From Octopus bimaculoides (taxonomy: Eukaryota): a DNA stretch of 56,436 bases. The stretch's first letter is position 1, and every line of letters begins with the position of its first letter. The position numbers and the translations under genes are program-made. The DNA lies in the NCBI RefSeq assembly GCF_001194135.2, contig NC_068996.1, positions 51,627,830-51,684,265 of the forward strand. Reading direction: 5' to 3'. The notes under the pieces were generated by a model. The model saw only the letters and a program-made list of their open reading frames with translations, was not told the DNA's origin and searched no databases. Below are positions 25,320 to 36,772 of the stretch, one piece after another.

Positions 25320-26330
25320 TCAGAAGAAAGAAGGATCGAGTATAATGGTTAGTGTGGGTTTGAGCGGCTGGTTGCACCAGGATTGGTGATAGGTAAAAAA
25401 GATGAGTGGTGGAGGTAGGTCAACTCTCATTGAGGAACTGAGGCCATTACAGTAATGATAGAAGAGACAGCATGCTTGTGGGCTAGAGGCTGGGGTTTGT
25501 TAGTGATGGATTCCAATTCTTTGATTGGCATCTTCCCTGAATGTACATAGCAACAGTACTGTCACAGTTGTGGCAGTAGTACTCCATTGTGGGGTTGTAA
25601 GGAAAAGAAGCCCCTAGGTATGAGCTAAATGCAGGCGGTAAGATGATGATGAGTCTTGTTTGAGCCTTTGTAGTGTGTCAGCAACTATTTAGGGCTGAAA
25701 TATTTTCTGTTCTTGAAGAGAAGATCCAGTATTTTGAACTTCAGTTAAGAATGTGTTTTAGCCATCCTTAACTGGTGATAGTGAAGCCCAGCATTTAGAG
25801 TGAGTGTGAGAGATCTAGATGATGATTGCTATTCATCAGGTAGTGGTGTTTTGATACAAGTTGTGCTTTTTTTTTGTTGTTTTTGCTAAAGGAAACACAG
25901 TCTGTATTGGTCACATTGAAAGATGCTCTTGAGGTCTCTGTTTATGGAATCAGTGCAGGTTTGGCATGTTGTCCCAGCTGTGTGGATGATCCTAGTCAGA
26001 GAGGAATGAAAGGTCATGCTATCTGCATAAGAGTGGGAATTGTTGGCTGTGGTTTTTAGTAGGTTGTTATTGTAATGAAGCAAATGGGGAAGAGAACCAA
26101 ACCTAGGGAAAAGCCCAAGTTGATTGAGTAGACTTGCTTAAACAACAAAAAAAAAGTCATGTCAACAGATGTGTAAACTAGCATGTTAGCAGATAAATCA
26201 GTGTGTGCGTGAACATATTGAAAATACAACTGTGAACCGGAAAATAAGATTGATCTCAACTGATAGTTACAAGAGTGTTTAAAGCTCAAAGTAAACCCAT
26301 CTTCAAAGGAAAGAAGCTACTGATCCAAGG
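25320..26330 (-). mobile_element. CR1/L2-type LINE RT remnant
   Basis: LHYNNNLLKTTANNSHSYADSMTFHSS...SINRDLKSIFQ resembles CR1/L2 LLYINDLL..SYADD.T...LN.DL; degraded C-terminal motifs follow. Confidence 0.65.
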
Positions 26331-26487
26331 TGGAGCCCACTAGGGACCAATAAAATAAATACCAGGCTTAACCAAAAATTAATACTGGGGTCAATTCATT
26401 TGACTAAAAAAATTGTCCAAGGCGGTACCCCAGCATGGCCACATTTGAATGACAAATAAACGATAAAAGATTAAAGATGTTATACAT

Positions 26488-26700
26488 ATATGTATGTATT
26501 ACATGTATGTGTATAGGCTATACATATGCATGTATATGTGTGTATTGTACGTATGCATGTATATATATGTATGTACTCTATATGTATGCATATATATATA
26601 TATCTATTGTGTATATATGCATGTATGTATTGTGTGTATATATGTATGTATGTATTATGCGTATGTCTGTATATATATATGCATATATGTATTATGCGTA

Positions 26701-26738
<38 letters not shown>

Positions 26739-26750
26739 CATATGTTTGTA
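26488..26750. repeat. Degenerate (TA/TG)n compound microsatellite
   Basis: Visible directly; source of several spurious YI/CV-rich ORFs. Confidence 0.95.
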
Positions 26751-27067
26751 TAAACCAGTTTGAAAAAGAAAGATATGGAATCTGAAAGATCTATTTAACA
26801 GAGAGTAGTGAAGTGATAGGGACTTTATAACAACTAGAAGTTGTTAAAGGGCAACCTAATAAGGAATACATACCAAATCTCTGGTTGTGGCAAAACATCA
26901 GATAAGTTGAGGGTGGCATGGTTGTGGGATATTCAAATAGGGCTACCAAGAGATGAGCTTGGAAAGCTTGTGAAAATGAAGGCAGCAAAGTGTTATATCA
27001 CATAGCTAGAAGGGCAGATAGGCAATGGATTTATTTAGCAAGAACAGAAGTAGGAAGGAAGACAGGA

Positions 27068-27437
27068 ATGGCTGTGTGGTAAGTAGCTTGCTTACCAACC
27101 ACATGGTTCCAGGTTCAATCACACTGCGTGGCACCTTGGGTAAGTGTCTTCTACTATAGCCTCGGGCTGACCAAAGCCTTGTGAGTGGATTTGGTAGACG
27201 GAAACTGAAAGAAGCCCGTCGTATATATGTATATGTATGTATGTATGTGTTTGTCCCCCCAACATCGCTTGACAACCGATGATGGTGTGTTTACGTCCTC
27301 GTAACTTAGCAGTTTGGCAAAAGAGACCGATAGAATAAGTACTAGGCTTACAAAGAACAAGTCCTGGGGTCGATTTTCTCAACTAAAGGTGGTGCTCCAG
27401 CATGGCTGCAGTCAAATGACTGAAACAAGAAAAAGAG
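27068..27437 (+). mobile_element. tRNA-derived SINE, full-length (dominant family, internal TA/TG microsatellite)
   Basis: A-box-like TGGCTGTGTGG, B-box-like GGTTCAATC, CORE-like caccttgggtaagtgtctt and 3' end gactgaaacaag; highly similar to 33826-34204. Confidence 0.9.
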
Positions 27438-28460
27438 AACAGAAAATATTTCGGTTCTAAATAGTTGCTGACATTCTACAAAGGCTCAAACGAGACTCAT
27501 CATCACCTTACCTCCTGTATTTAGCTCATACCTAGGGACCACTTTTCCTTCCAGCCCCTCCCCCCTTCACTGGACTTATGTCATTGTGCCTACAATGAAA
27601 CTGTTATAGCTCTAAAGTTGTGAACTTGTAAGAAAGAATTGCTGAGTAGTTTTGGACCTGTTTTCAGCACTTGTTTGTTGAAAGACATTGTGATCTTGCA
27701 TGTGTCCAAATAGTTCCACATGTTGAATTACTGCTGTCTGCTCTCATTAAACCATTAGGCCCAAGCAACTGTAAAAAGGGAGATGTGTTGGCAAACCCCA
27801 GTTGGTCCCAACTAGAAAACAGGAGAAGGGAATTGCTAGAAAAAGCATGTGGATGTGTGCAGACACAAATATATACAAGTATGCACAAATCCTTGTGAGT
27901 GAATTTAGTAGAAACTGAAAGAAGCCTGTCGTGTACATGACAGAAACTCTTGGATTATAGTGATGTTCTTAGTTTCTGTTTACCATATTTGATTTGGGGA
28001 GGCTTACCTGAAGCTTCGTCATATGTGTATGTCTTTATGTCTGTTTGCAACTTCATAACTTAGTGTTTCATAGAATAAGTACCAGGCTTTAAAAAAAAAT
28101 AAATACTGGGGTCTATTCATTCAACTAAAAATTCTTCTAGGCAGTGCTCCAGCATGGCTGTGACTGAAACCAGTAAAAGATAAAAGATGTACATGACAAG
28201 AACTCTTGGATAATAGTGATATTCTTCGTTTCTGTTTACTATATTTGATTTGAAGCTTACCTGAAGCTCTGGCAGAATTTGTAATTTTGTAGGTGTAAAG
28301 CAATCTTTTAAATCATAAAGCCATATAGAAGTTTCTTTGAATTATTATTTATATTCAATATCCAGTTTGACTTCAACTTATTTTGTTATATGTAAAATGT
28401 GATTGCAATTATTGTTTGATGATAATTTTAAATATGTGTAATCTTCCTTCCTTTTTCCAG

Positions 28461-28596
28461 TGCCTGGGTTCAAGAAGATAGCATTTATAATTATCAAGAT
28501 AATAAATCTAAATACACACTTACTAGTAGAATTCCAAGAGGCTACAATGTTGCTATTGAAGCTATAGAAGATGTTATAAAAGCTATGCCTTCCCAG
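28461..28596 (+). CDS. GLYR1: GLYR1-like exon 4: (Y)AWVQEDSIYNYQDNKSKYTLTSRIPRGYNVAIEAIEDVIKAMPSQ
   Basis: Acceptor cttcctttttccag|, donor CAG|gtaagt; 136 nt, phase 2 to 0; completes the PWWP fold (AW..E..I, C-terminal helix A...IE). Confidence 0.88.
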
Positions 28597-28623
28597 GTAA
28601 GTAGATGTTTTGCCAAATCTTAA

Positions 28624-28838
28624 TCCTTTCGCATTCAGATTACTCTGCTAAATGTAATGCTTATTTATTCACATTGTTTTGGGATTAATCCAGAATTATT
28701 TCATAGTGGCAAGATTTTGATGATGTGATTGTTTATTTGTAGGAGGACATTGTAGGGTCAGTATGAGAGGCTGGATCTGGCCTGTTTGAACATAGAACAG
28801 GGAAGAATATGTGGGCCTGATATGACCGGTTTAAATGG
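28624..28838 (+). mobile_element. piggyBac-type MITE family (other copies ~34860-35068, ~35575-35750, ~36030-36056)
   Basis: TTAA-flanked; tcctttcgcattcagatt start; similar over ~200 bp to 34860-35068, which ends aatgctaaagag|TTAA. Confidence 0.65.
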
Positions 28839-29080
28839 TTAAATGGCTGCAGAATTTAAATTTTAACAATATGATCGAGTTACTTACAGACAAGTATGAC
28901 TCTGAAACATAGATTCTGTTTTATAGTGGTCACTTAGCAACCACATGGTTTTGGGTTCAGCCCCACTACGTGGCACCTTGGACAAGTGTCTTCTACTATA
29001 GCCTCAGGCCAACTAAAGCCTATTGAGTGGATTTGGTAGACGGAAACTGAAAGTAGCCCATCGTACATATACATACATAT

Positions 29081-30471
29081 CTATTTATCATAGTCCTCCA
29101 GGCGATCACAGAGGAATTCAAGACAGGGAGCTCCTCTATGCTGATGACCTTGCACTAATTGCGGAGTCACTATCAGAACTAGAGGAGAAGTTTCAGGTGT
29201 GGAAGCAAGGACTAGAATCGAAGGGCCTTAGAATCAACCTAGCAAAAACCAAAATCCTAATAAGTAGGAAGGTAGATAAAACACAAACCCCTTCAGATAG
29301 ATGGCCCTGCTCAGTATGTAGAAAAGGAGTAGGTAGTAACTCTATAAGATGTACCCGGTGCAAGCTATGGACACATAAGAGGTGCAGCAATATCAAAGGC
29401 AGATTAACTACGAAGTTAGTTTTTGTATGTGGCAGATGTTCAGGTGCAATAAACACTGTAAACAAACAGGAAACAACTTCTATCTCATTCCAGGGTGANN
29501 NNNNNNNNNNNNNNNNNNNNNNNNNNNNNNNNNNNNNNNNNNNNNNNNNNNNNNNNNNNNNNNNNNNNNNNNNNNNNNNNNNNNNNNNNNNNNNNNNNNN
29601 NNNNNNNNNNNNNNNNNNNNNNNNNNNNNNNNNNNNNNNNNNNNNNNNNNNNNNNNNNNNNNNNNNNNNNNNNNNNNNNNNNNNNNNNNNNNNNNNNNNN
29701 NNNNNNNNNNNNNNNNNNNNNNNNNNNNNNNNNNNNNNNNNNNNNNNNNNNNNNNNNNNNNNNNNNNNNNNNNNNNNNNNNNNNNNNNNNNNNNNNNNNN
29801 NNNNNNNNNNNNNNNNNNNNNNNNNNNNNNNNNNNNNNNNNNNNNNNNNNNNNNNNNNNNNNNNNNNNNNNNNNNNNNNNNNNNNNNNNNNNNNNNNNNN
29901 NNNNNNNNNNNNNNNNNNNNNNNNNNNNNNNNNNNNNNNNNNNNNNNNNNNNNNNNNNNNNNNNNNNNNNNNNNNNNNNNNNNNNNNNNNNNNNNNNNNN
30001 NNNNNNNNNNNNNNNNNNNNNNNNNNNNNNNNNNNNNNNNNNNNNNNNNNNNNNNNNNNNNNNNNNNNNNNNNNNNNNNNNNNNNNNNNNNNNNNNNNNN
30101 NNNNNNNNNNNNNNNNNNNNNNNNNNNNNNNNNNNNNNNNNNNNNNNNNNNNNNNNNNNNNNNNNNNNNNNNNNNNNNNNNNNNNNNNNNNNNNNNNNNN
30201 NNNNNNNNNNNNNNNNNNNNNNNNNNNNNNNNNNNNNNNNNNNNNNNNNNNNNNNNNNNNNNNNNNNNNNNNNNNNNNNNNNNNNNNNNNNNNNNNNNNN
30301 NNNNNNNNNNNNNNNNNNNNGGTTGGCGTTAGGAAGGGCATCCAGCTGTAGAAACTCTGCCAAATTAGATTGGAGCCTGGTGTTGCCATCCGGTTTCACC
30401 AGTCCTCAGTCAAATCGTCCAACCCATGCTAGCATGGAAAGCGGACGTTAAACGATGATGATGATGATGAT
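29081..30471 (+). mobile_element. 5'-truncated RTE LINE spanning an N gap, inserted into a SINE
   Basis: LFIIVLQAITEEFK..ELLYADDL plus an intact PHD-like finger before the gap; 3' tail ending (GAT)n after it. The 822-nt gap is close to the equivalent interval in the 45-46 kb copy. Confidence 0.88.
29499..30320. other. Assembly gap (N) inside an RTE copy
   Basis: N run. Confidence 1.
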
Positions 30472-33400
30472 ATATATATATATATATATGAGTGTCTGTG
30501 TTTGTCCCCCCCATCATCACTTGGCAACTGATGTTCGTGTGTGTCCCTAACTTAGCGGTTCAGCAAAAGATACTGATGGAATAAGTACTAGGCTTACAAA
30601 GAATAAGTCTTGGGGTCGATTTGTTCAACTAGAGGCAGTGCTCCAGCATGGCTGCAGTCAAATGACTGAAACAAATAAAAGAATTACTTAGATTTATTAT
30701 AACTTTTAAGATCTTTTTATTGACATCTCCAGTTTCTGACGAAAGTAATTTGAACTTTTTCATTTCTCGGTAGAATATTCTGGAGGTTTTTTGATAGTTG
30801 TTTCATTGATTCTTTATAGCTATAATGTTGCTGTCTTTAATGGTACTTTCGCTTCACTAATATCATTATTGATATTTTCATAATTTATTTCGTTTAAAAA
30901 AATCATTATTTGCTCTATGTACAGTGAGACTTAAATGATTTGCATATTTAACCGTTCATCATCTAACACAAGATCACCCTCCCCTCTCAAAGATTCCTTG
31001 CCTTGCAAGTTACTTGGTGGCCCTGCCAGTTATGGTGCCACATAAAAAGCATCCAGTCCCCACTTTAAAGTGGTTGGCATTTGGAAGGGCATCCAGCTGT
31101 GAAAACCATACCAAAACTGTCCTTGCCTGTGCTGGTGCCATATAAAAAGCACTTGGTCCACTCTGTGGGGTGGTTGGTGTTAGAAAGGGTATCCAACCAT
31201 AGGAACCCTGCTAAAACAGACAAAATAGCCTGGAGTAGTCTTCTACCTGACCAGCTCCTGTGAAACTTGTACGCATGGCTAGCAGATGTTAAACGATGAT
31301 GAAGATGAATTTGGTAGATTTAAGCACAAATACACTAGTCACTGTTGTGTGTGTGTGTGTGTCACAGAACAATATCTCCCATTTATGACCACAATGTGAT
31401 CATAACACACTCAGCTCATTGGCTCAAGGGATCCTGGGACATTGATGTTTCATATTTTGTTTAGACTCAAAGGTTGCAGCTGACAAGACACATGTTGAAA
31501 CACCAGTGTCCCAGAATCCCTTGCACCTGTGAGCCATATTGTCTTCTTATGATGCATACAACAGTGACTAGTGTAGCTACTTTCAAATCTGCTGAAATGT
31601 AATCATCATCATCATTTAACATCCATTTTCCATTCTGGCATGGGTTGAATGGTTTGACAGGAACTGCACAAGGTTCCAAAGTCTGTTTTGGCTTAGTTTC
31701 TATAGCTGAATACCCTTCCTAACACCAACCACTTCACAGTGAGTGTACTGGGTGCTTTTTACATGGCACCACCTTTTTTTCATTTCTCAGTAGAATATTC
31801 TGAAGGTTTTTTTATAGTTGTTTCAATGTTCCTTAATAGCTGTAATGTTGCTGTCTTTGAAGGTACGGAACCAGCACTGGTAATTTTAGGGTGTTGTGGG
31901 ATGAAAAAGGTTGATGGGGGCCGAGTCTTTCATGGACATGCATTACCACGGTGGTTTTAAGATATCAATTGTTGTGATGAGTGGAGTCTTGAGTACAATA
32001 ATGTCATCTCCTTTATAAGGCTCAGCATCTTGAGATTGGCTTTCAATACTTCATTCCATGTCTTCCTCTTCCACAATTTCTATAACAATAAAATAGCTAT
32101 TTACAAACTGATAAAGAAACTTCTGCATGATCATTCAGCCTGCTAGAAATGTCAAAACCACCTCAAATTACACCTTGCTGTGTTAAAAAAGAAGGGATAC
32201 TTTGGATAATGTTGTTCTAAATAACACTATTCAGATAAAAAGCTAGTTGATCATGGCTGGCACATCGTAGATCATAAGGATGGCTTAAAGAAGGCTGATG
32301 TGGGCGTGGACAACAACAGCTATAAGTGACTATGATTGGCTGGATTATTCAGTTTTGTATGACAGTTTGAAACTGGCTACAAGTGGAAATGAGGATTTGT
32401 CAGTGGAGTACTCCTTTTTAAGTATAGTGAAAGTTCCTAATAGTTGAATACATTAAAAAAACCAAAAAAAAAAAAAAACCAATGTTACTTAGTATTTAGC
32501 ACTTTTTGTTGTATATAAACAATTTACTTGCTGCTATTTTTATCTGAAACTTTATAATGGGCTGAAACTTTTCCTACATCTATCCACTAATGCAGACTAC
32601 ATTGTAATGTAATATAAATGTTTTCCATGTGTGTTGTAATAAGGTAGGTTAAATTTAAATCTCTGTTGGAAATTATTTATGGACATTATTTTGAAATAAA
32701 AGTTTTAAATGGAGTTTATTCCTGAAGAAACATTCTTATTTTAAAAAAATTCTTTATTAATAGGTTATAAAGCAAGGGAGTTCATAGTTTATCTTGGAAA
32801 TAGTTTTCATTTAGCATCAGTGCCATGTAAAAAGCACTGGTGATAGTGCCACATAAAATGCACCCAATATATTCCGTAAAGTGGTTGGGGTTAAGGACAT
32901 CCAGTTATAGAAACCAAGCCAAAACAGAACAGACTATGGAACCTGGTACAAACCCTAGTCATGCCAGCTCTTGTCAAACCAAACAGCCCATGCCAGAATG
33001 GAAAAGAGATGTTAAATGACGATGATGATGATGATTCTGCCACTGCCACCAATTTGCTTCAAAGATTGACAAATAGATATTTTATAGCATTTGAATCAAT
33101 CTTTCTAAATCAAATTAGATATTAATTATATGTTACTAGCTGACTCTGTTCTACCAAAAATGATGGCTAATTGTAGTATTTTATATATAAAAAGGGTACA
33201 AAAAGGTGAAAAACAAAAAAATCAAACAGTGCTGTGTGTGTATGCGTGTGTGCATATGTATACATTTATATGTATGGGTAGCACAGTCTGTAGCGAATGC
33301 AGTTTTCTATACTTTGTCACAGCCTGCTTCCTTCCTTTTTAAGCCTGTCTGTTTATATAAGTATGTATATATATAGAGATAGATAGATAGATATAGATGT

Positions 33401-33825
33401 GTGTGTGTGTAAATGCACATGTCTGTAAATCTATTTTCTATGTATCTTTCTAAATAAACATACACAAACATATACACTCACTCATGTATAAATATACTTT
33501 ACACAAACACACACAAACATTCACATTCCTTCCTTTTACACTCACATAGAGTTGAAGCGCTGTTTGATTTTTGTTTCACCATTGACTTTTCATCATCCCC
33601 CTTCCATCGGTCGATCACCCCTTCCTTTCTCATGTTTTGGTGGAGAAATACACAAGAGTATCATTATAGCAGAAGACACACAATGCTCTCTTTGCCACTT
33701 GCCCTCATTGCTATTACTTTCTCTCACTCCCTCTCAGTCATGGCTACTACTCTCACTACTTCTCCTTCACTGAATTACTATTTTCTCTCCTCTCCCTTCA
33801 CCATTGACTCTTAGTGCGTGATTTT

Positions 33826-34204
33826 TGGCTGTGTGGTAAATAGCTTGCTTACCAACCACATGGTCCCGGGTTCAGTCCCACTGCGTGGCATCTTGGGCAA
33901 GTGTCTTCTACTATAGCCTCGGGCCGACCAAAGCCTTGTGAGTGGATTTGGTAGACGGAAACTGAAAGAAGACTGTCGTATATATGTATATATATATATA
34001 TGTTTGTATGTCTGTGTTTGTCCCCCCAACATCGCTTGACAACCGATGCTGGTGTGTTTATGTCCCCGTAACTTAGCGGTTCGGCAAAAGAGACCAATAG
34101 AATAAGTACTAGGCTTCCAAAGAATAAGTCCTGGGGTCGATTTGCTCGAGTAAAGGCGGTGCTCCAGCATGGCCACAGTCAAAAGACTGAAACAAGTAAA
34201 AGAG
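33826..34204 (+). mobile_element. tRNA-derived SINE, full-length, same family
   Basis: Colinear with 27068-27437 throughout. Confidence 0.9.
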
Positions 34205-34532
34205 TATATATATATATATATATATACATACACACAAATATATAAAAACACTACGCTCATTATTATATTAGATGTCTGTGTGAAAATAAATAGAATAATT
34301 ATTGAACAGCCTAAAAGTAAGATAATTAACCCTTTTGATATGACTCTTGAAATTGCCACTAGTTTTAATTAAACAAAACCTGTCATTTTAAAGTGTTTGT
34401 TATCAATTTTAAAATGTTACTTACCTTTTAAGTGAGAATATTTTGTTAAACTATTTTCCAAAACACCATTTTTCTAATGAAGATGGAAAAGATCATAATT
34501 CTTGATTATTTTCCAAATTGGAACCTATGGAT

Positions 34533-34713
34533 CAGTGGTTCTCAACCACGACTCACAGGGCTGCATGTGGCCCTCAAGCACCCTCCCACTGTGAATGTAA
34601 TTTTTCTTCAATTGAATTGTTTTACTTTTTTTGGTATGGTTCCGCCCCCCCCCCCCCCTCCACGTTTTGGATCTAGCCCAGATCCTAGATATTAAAAATG
34701 TTGGGAACCACTG
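34533..34713. mobile_element. hAT-type MITE
   Basis: CAGTGGTTCTCAAC...GTTGGGAACCACTG TIRs; 8-bp flanks ctatggat/ttatagat match at 6/8. Confidence 0.8.
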
Positions 34714-36063
34714 TTATAGATAGTATATTTCACTAGAAATATGATCACAAGGAGATTATAAGTAATTATATGACTTACAATATCAGTTTTGGTTGTATAC
34801 GGACCTACTTTCGTGAGCTCTAGCACAGAATCCTACCTTCAAGTTGAATACATGAAACTTCAGATTATTCTGTCAAATGTAATACTTATGCATTCACACT
34901 GTTTTGAATTAATCCTGCATTATCTCATAGCTTTGAGATTTCAATGAAGTGACTGTTTATTTTTAGAATGACATTGTAGGGTACATGTGAGAAGCCAGAT
35001 CTAGTCAGTTTGAACATAGAATGGGTAGAATATTTGGGATGGATATGGCTAGATAAAATGCTAAAGAGTTAAAACTGATTTTGGGAAAGCCTGATTCTAG
35101 TAATGTCACTGGAGAAATTTGGATCTTAGAAGAGGAAATAATTGAGATGGCATTAAAGATAAGCACTACAATCGCTCATGTAGCTGCTATAAAAGTTTTA
35201 GCCAGTGAGTTAGATGTAAGATTAAATTTATATATGGTAAACCAAGCTAATCATCTATTAATCCAGGTTTACTGTGTAAAGTTATATTGTTATGGTTTAG
35301 AGATTATTCCAGTTGTGAAATTCAAATGTAGGATACAAACTTTTAAAATTACTCGAAAACTTGGCAAGAAATTGAATAATTATCTTCTGAGATGTAATTT
35401 ATGAAATATAGACATTGTGATAAAGGATAATAGGTAGTAAGGGTGTCTTTGTTGGAGGCATATCAAGTAGAAAATGTGGACGCAATGTACTTGATCTTGG
35501 AGAGATAAATGGTGATGCTGCAACTCACATCAACAAAAAAAGTTAATTTTGGAGAGATAGAAAACTCTTTTTCACCTTTTAGCATTTAAACTTAGCCATA
35601 TCAGGCCAAAATAGTCTAACTGTTTTATGTTCAAACCAGTCACATCTAGCCTCTTGCACCTACTCTAGAAATATTATTCTAAAAATAAACAGTAGCGTCA
35701 TCAAAATCTTGAAGCTACAAAATGATATACAATTAACTTAAATCAATGAATATATATGTTTATGAATTTGTGTTGCAAGATTCCTGATTTGAGACCGTAT
35801 GTTGAAACATATTGTTGTATTTTGGGATGGTCATTTTTTTTTTTTTTTTTTTGCCAAATAAACACACACTATATATTCGTTCTTCACTTGTTTATTACTG
35901 TTCTTATTCTAACTCATGTCCATTGTCCGGAAATCTTTCGTCACACATCTGTGACCTTTTCAGTGACACTTTCTGTCTTTGTGTATGCTCCTGCTTTAAT
36001 TATTCCATTCATGAATATATAAGCATTACATATGACAGTAATCTGAATGCTAAAGGTTTAAAT

Positions 36064-36360
36064 CAGTGTTCTCAGCCTGGGTCCATATAAGATTTTTGGG
36101 GCTTCACACAAGCAAAATAATAAATTGGGAATCCACAATAGTATTTTAAATGTCCCTGAAAAATTTTTGCTTTAGATGTATGTTTTCTTTCTCTAACATT
36201 TTACATAGTTCAACCTACACAAGTGAATGTGTGAAAAACAAGATAGGAATTTTGAAAGACGTTTCTATAAAGCTAGTTTTTAAACATCGAATGGCTTTGT
36301 GGGCCCACCAGAATAGAATAGCAAAGGGATCCAGAGATAGAAAATGGTTGAGAACCCCTG
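36064..36360. mobile_element. hAT-type MITE
   Basis: CAGTGTTCTCAGCC...GGTTGAGAACCCCTG TIRs with a perfect 8-bp TSD GTTTAAAT on both sides. Confidence 0.9.
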
Positions 36361-36649
36361 GTTTAAATACTTAAACTGAAAAATGCTACTTCATATTGTA
36401 TGTGATGCTTAAAGGTGAATGAAAATTACTCTATACTTTTGAATGACAAAATATTGTATATATAACAGAAATAATTGCATATTTGGAAATACGTAATATT
36501 ACTGTGTATCAGAAATAATTGCAGACATAGCTTTATAAAATACATTTGTATTTTTTATAAAAACCTTAATTCCTGAGATAACACAGAATTTGTTATTGCA
36601 TAGTGTATTTCTGTTGAATTCAGCTATGTTGTTCATCTTTTTATCCTAG

Positions 36650-36772
36650 GTACCAGTTAAAACATCTGATTTGCCTACGATAGATGAAGAACTGGCCCAG
36701 ATATTCCCAAACAGGTCTTCTTCATCAGGACCACACAAAGATTATACTAGGGAGCCTTTATCGGGAAAAAAG
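36650..36772 (+). CDS. GLYR1: Probable exon 5: VPVKTSDLPTIDEELAQIFPNRSSSSGPHKDYTREPLSGKK
   Basis: Acceptor ctttttatcctag|, donor AAG|gtaaaa; 123 nt, phase 0-0, open frame in unique sequence. No recognisable domain, so linkage rests on phase and splice signals. Confidence 0.7.

Larger units (their letters stand above)
28926..30682 (+). mobile_element. SINE of the same family split by an RTE insertion (5' half 28926-29080, 3' half ~30490-30682)
   Basis: The two halves join into one colinear SINE when 29081-30471 is removed. Confidence 0.8.

Noticed and set aside
30730-30765. CTGACGA hammerhead-like core
   Set aside because: No downstream GAAA or cleavage triplet on the same strand.
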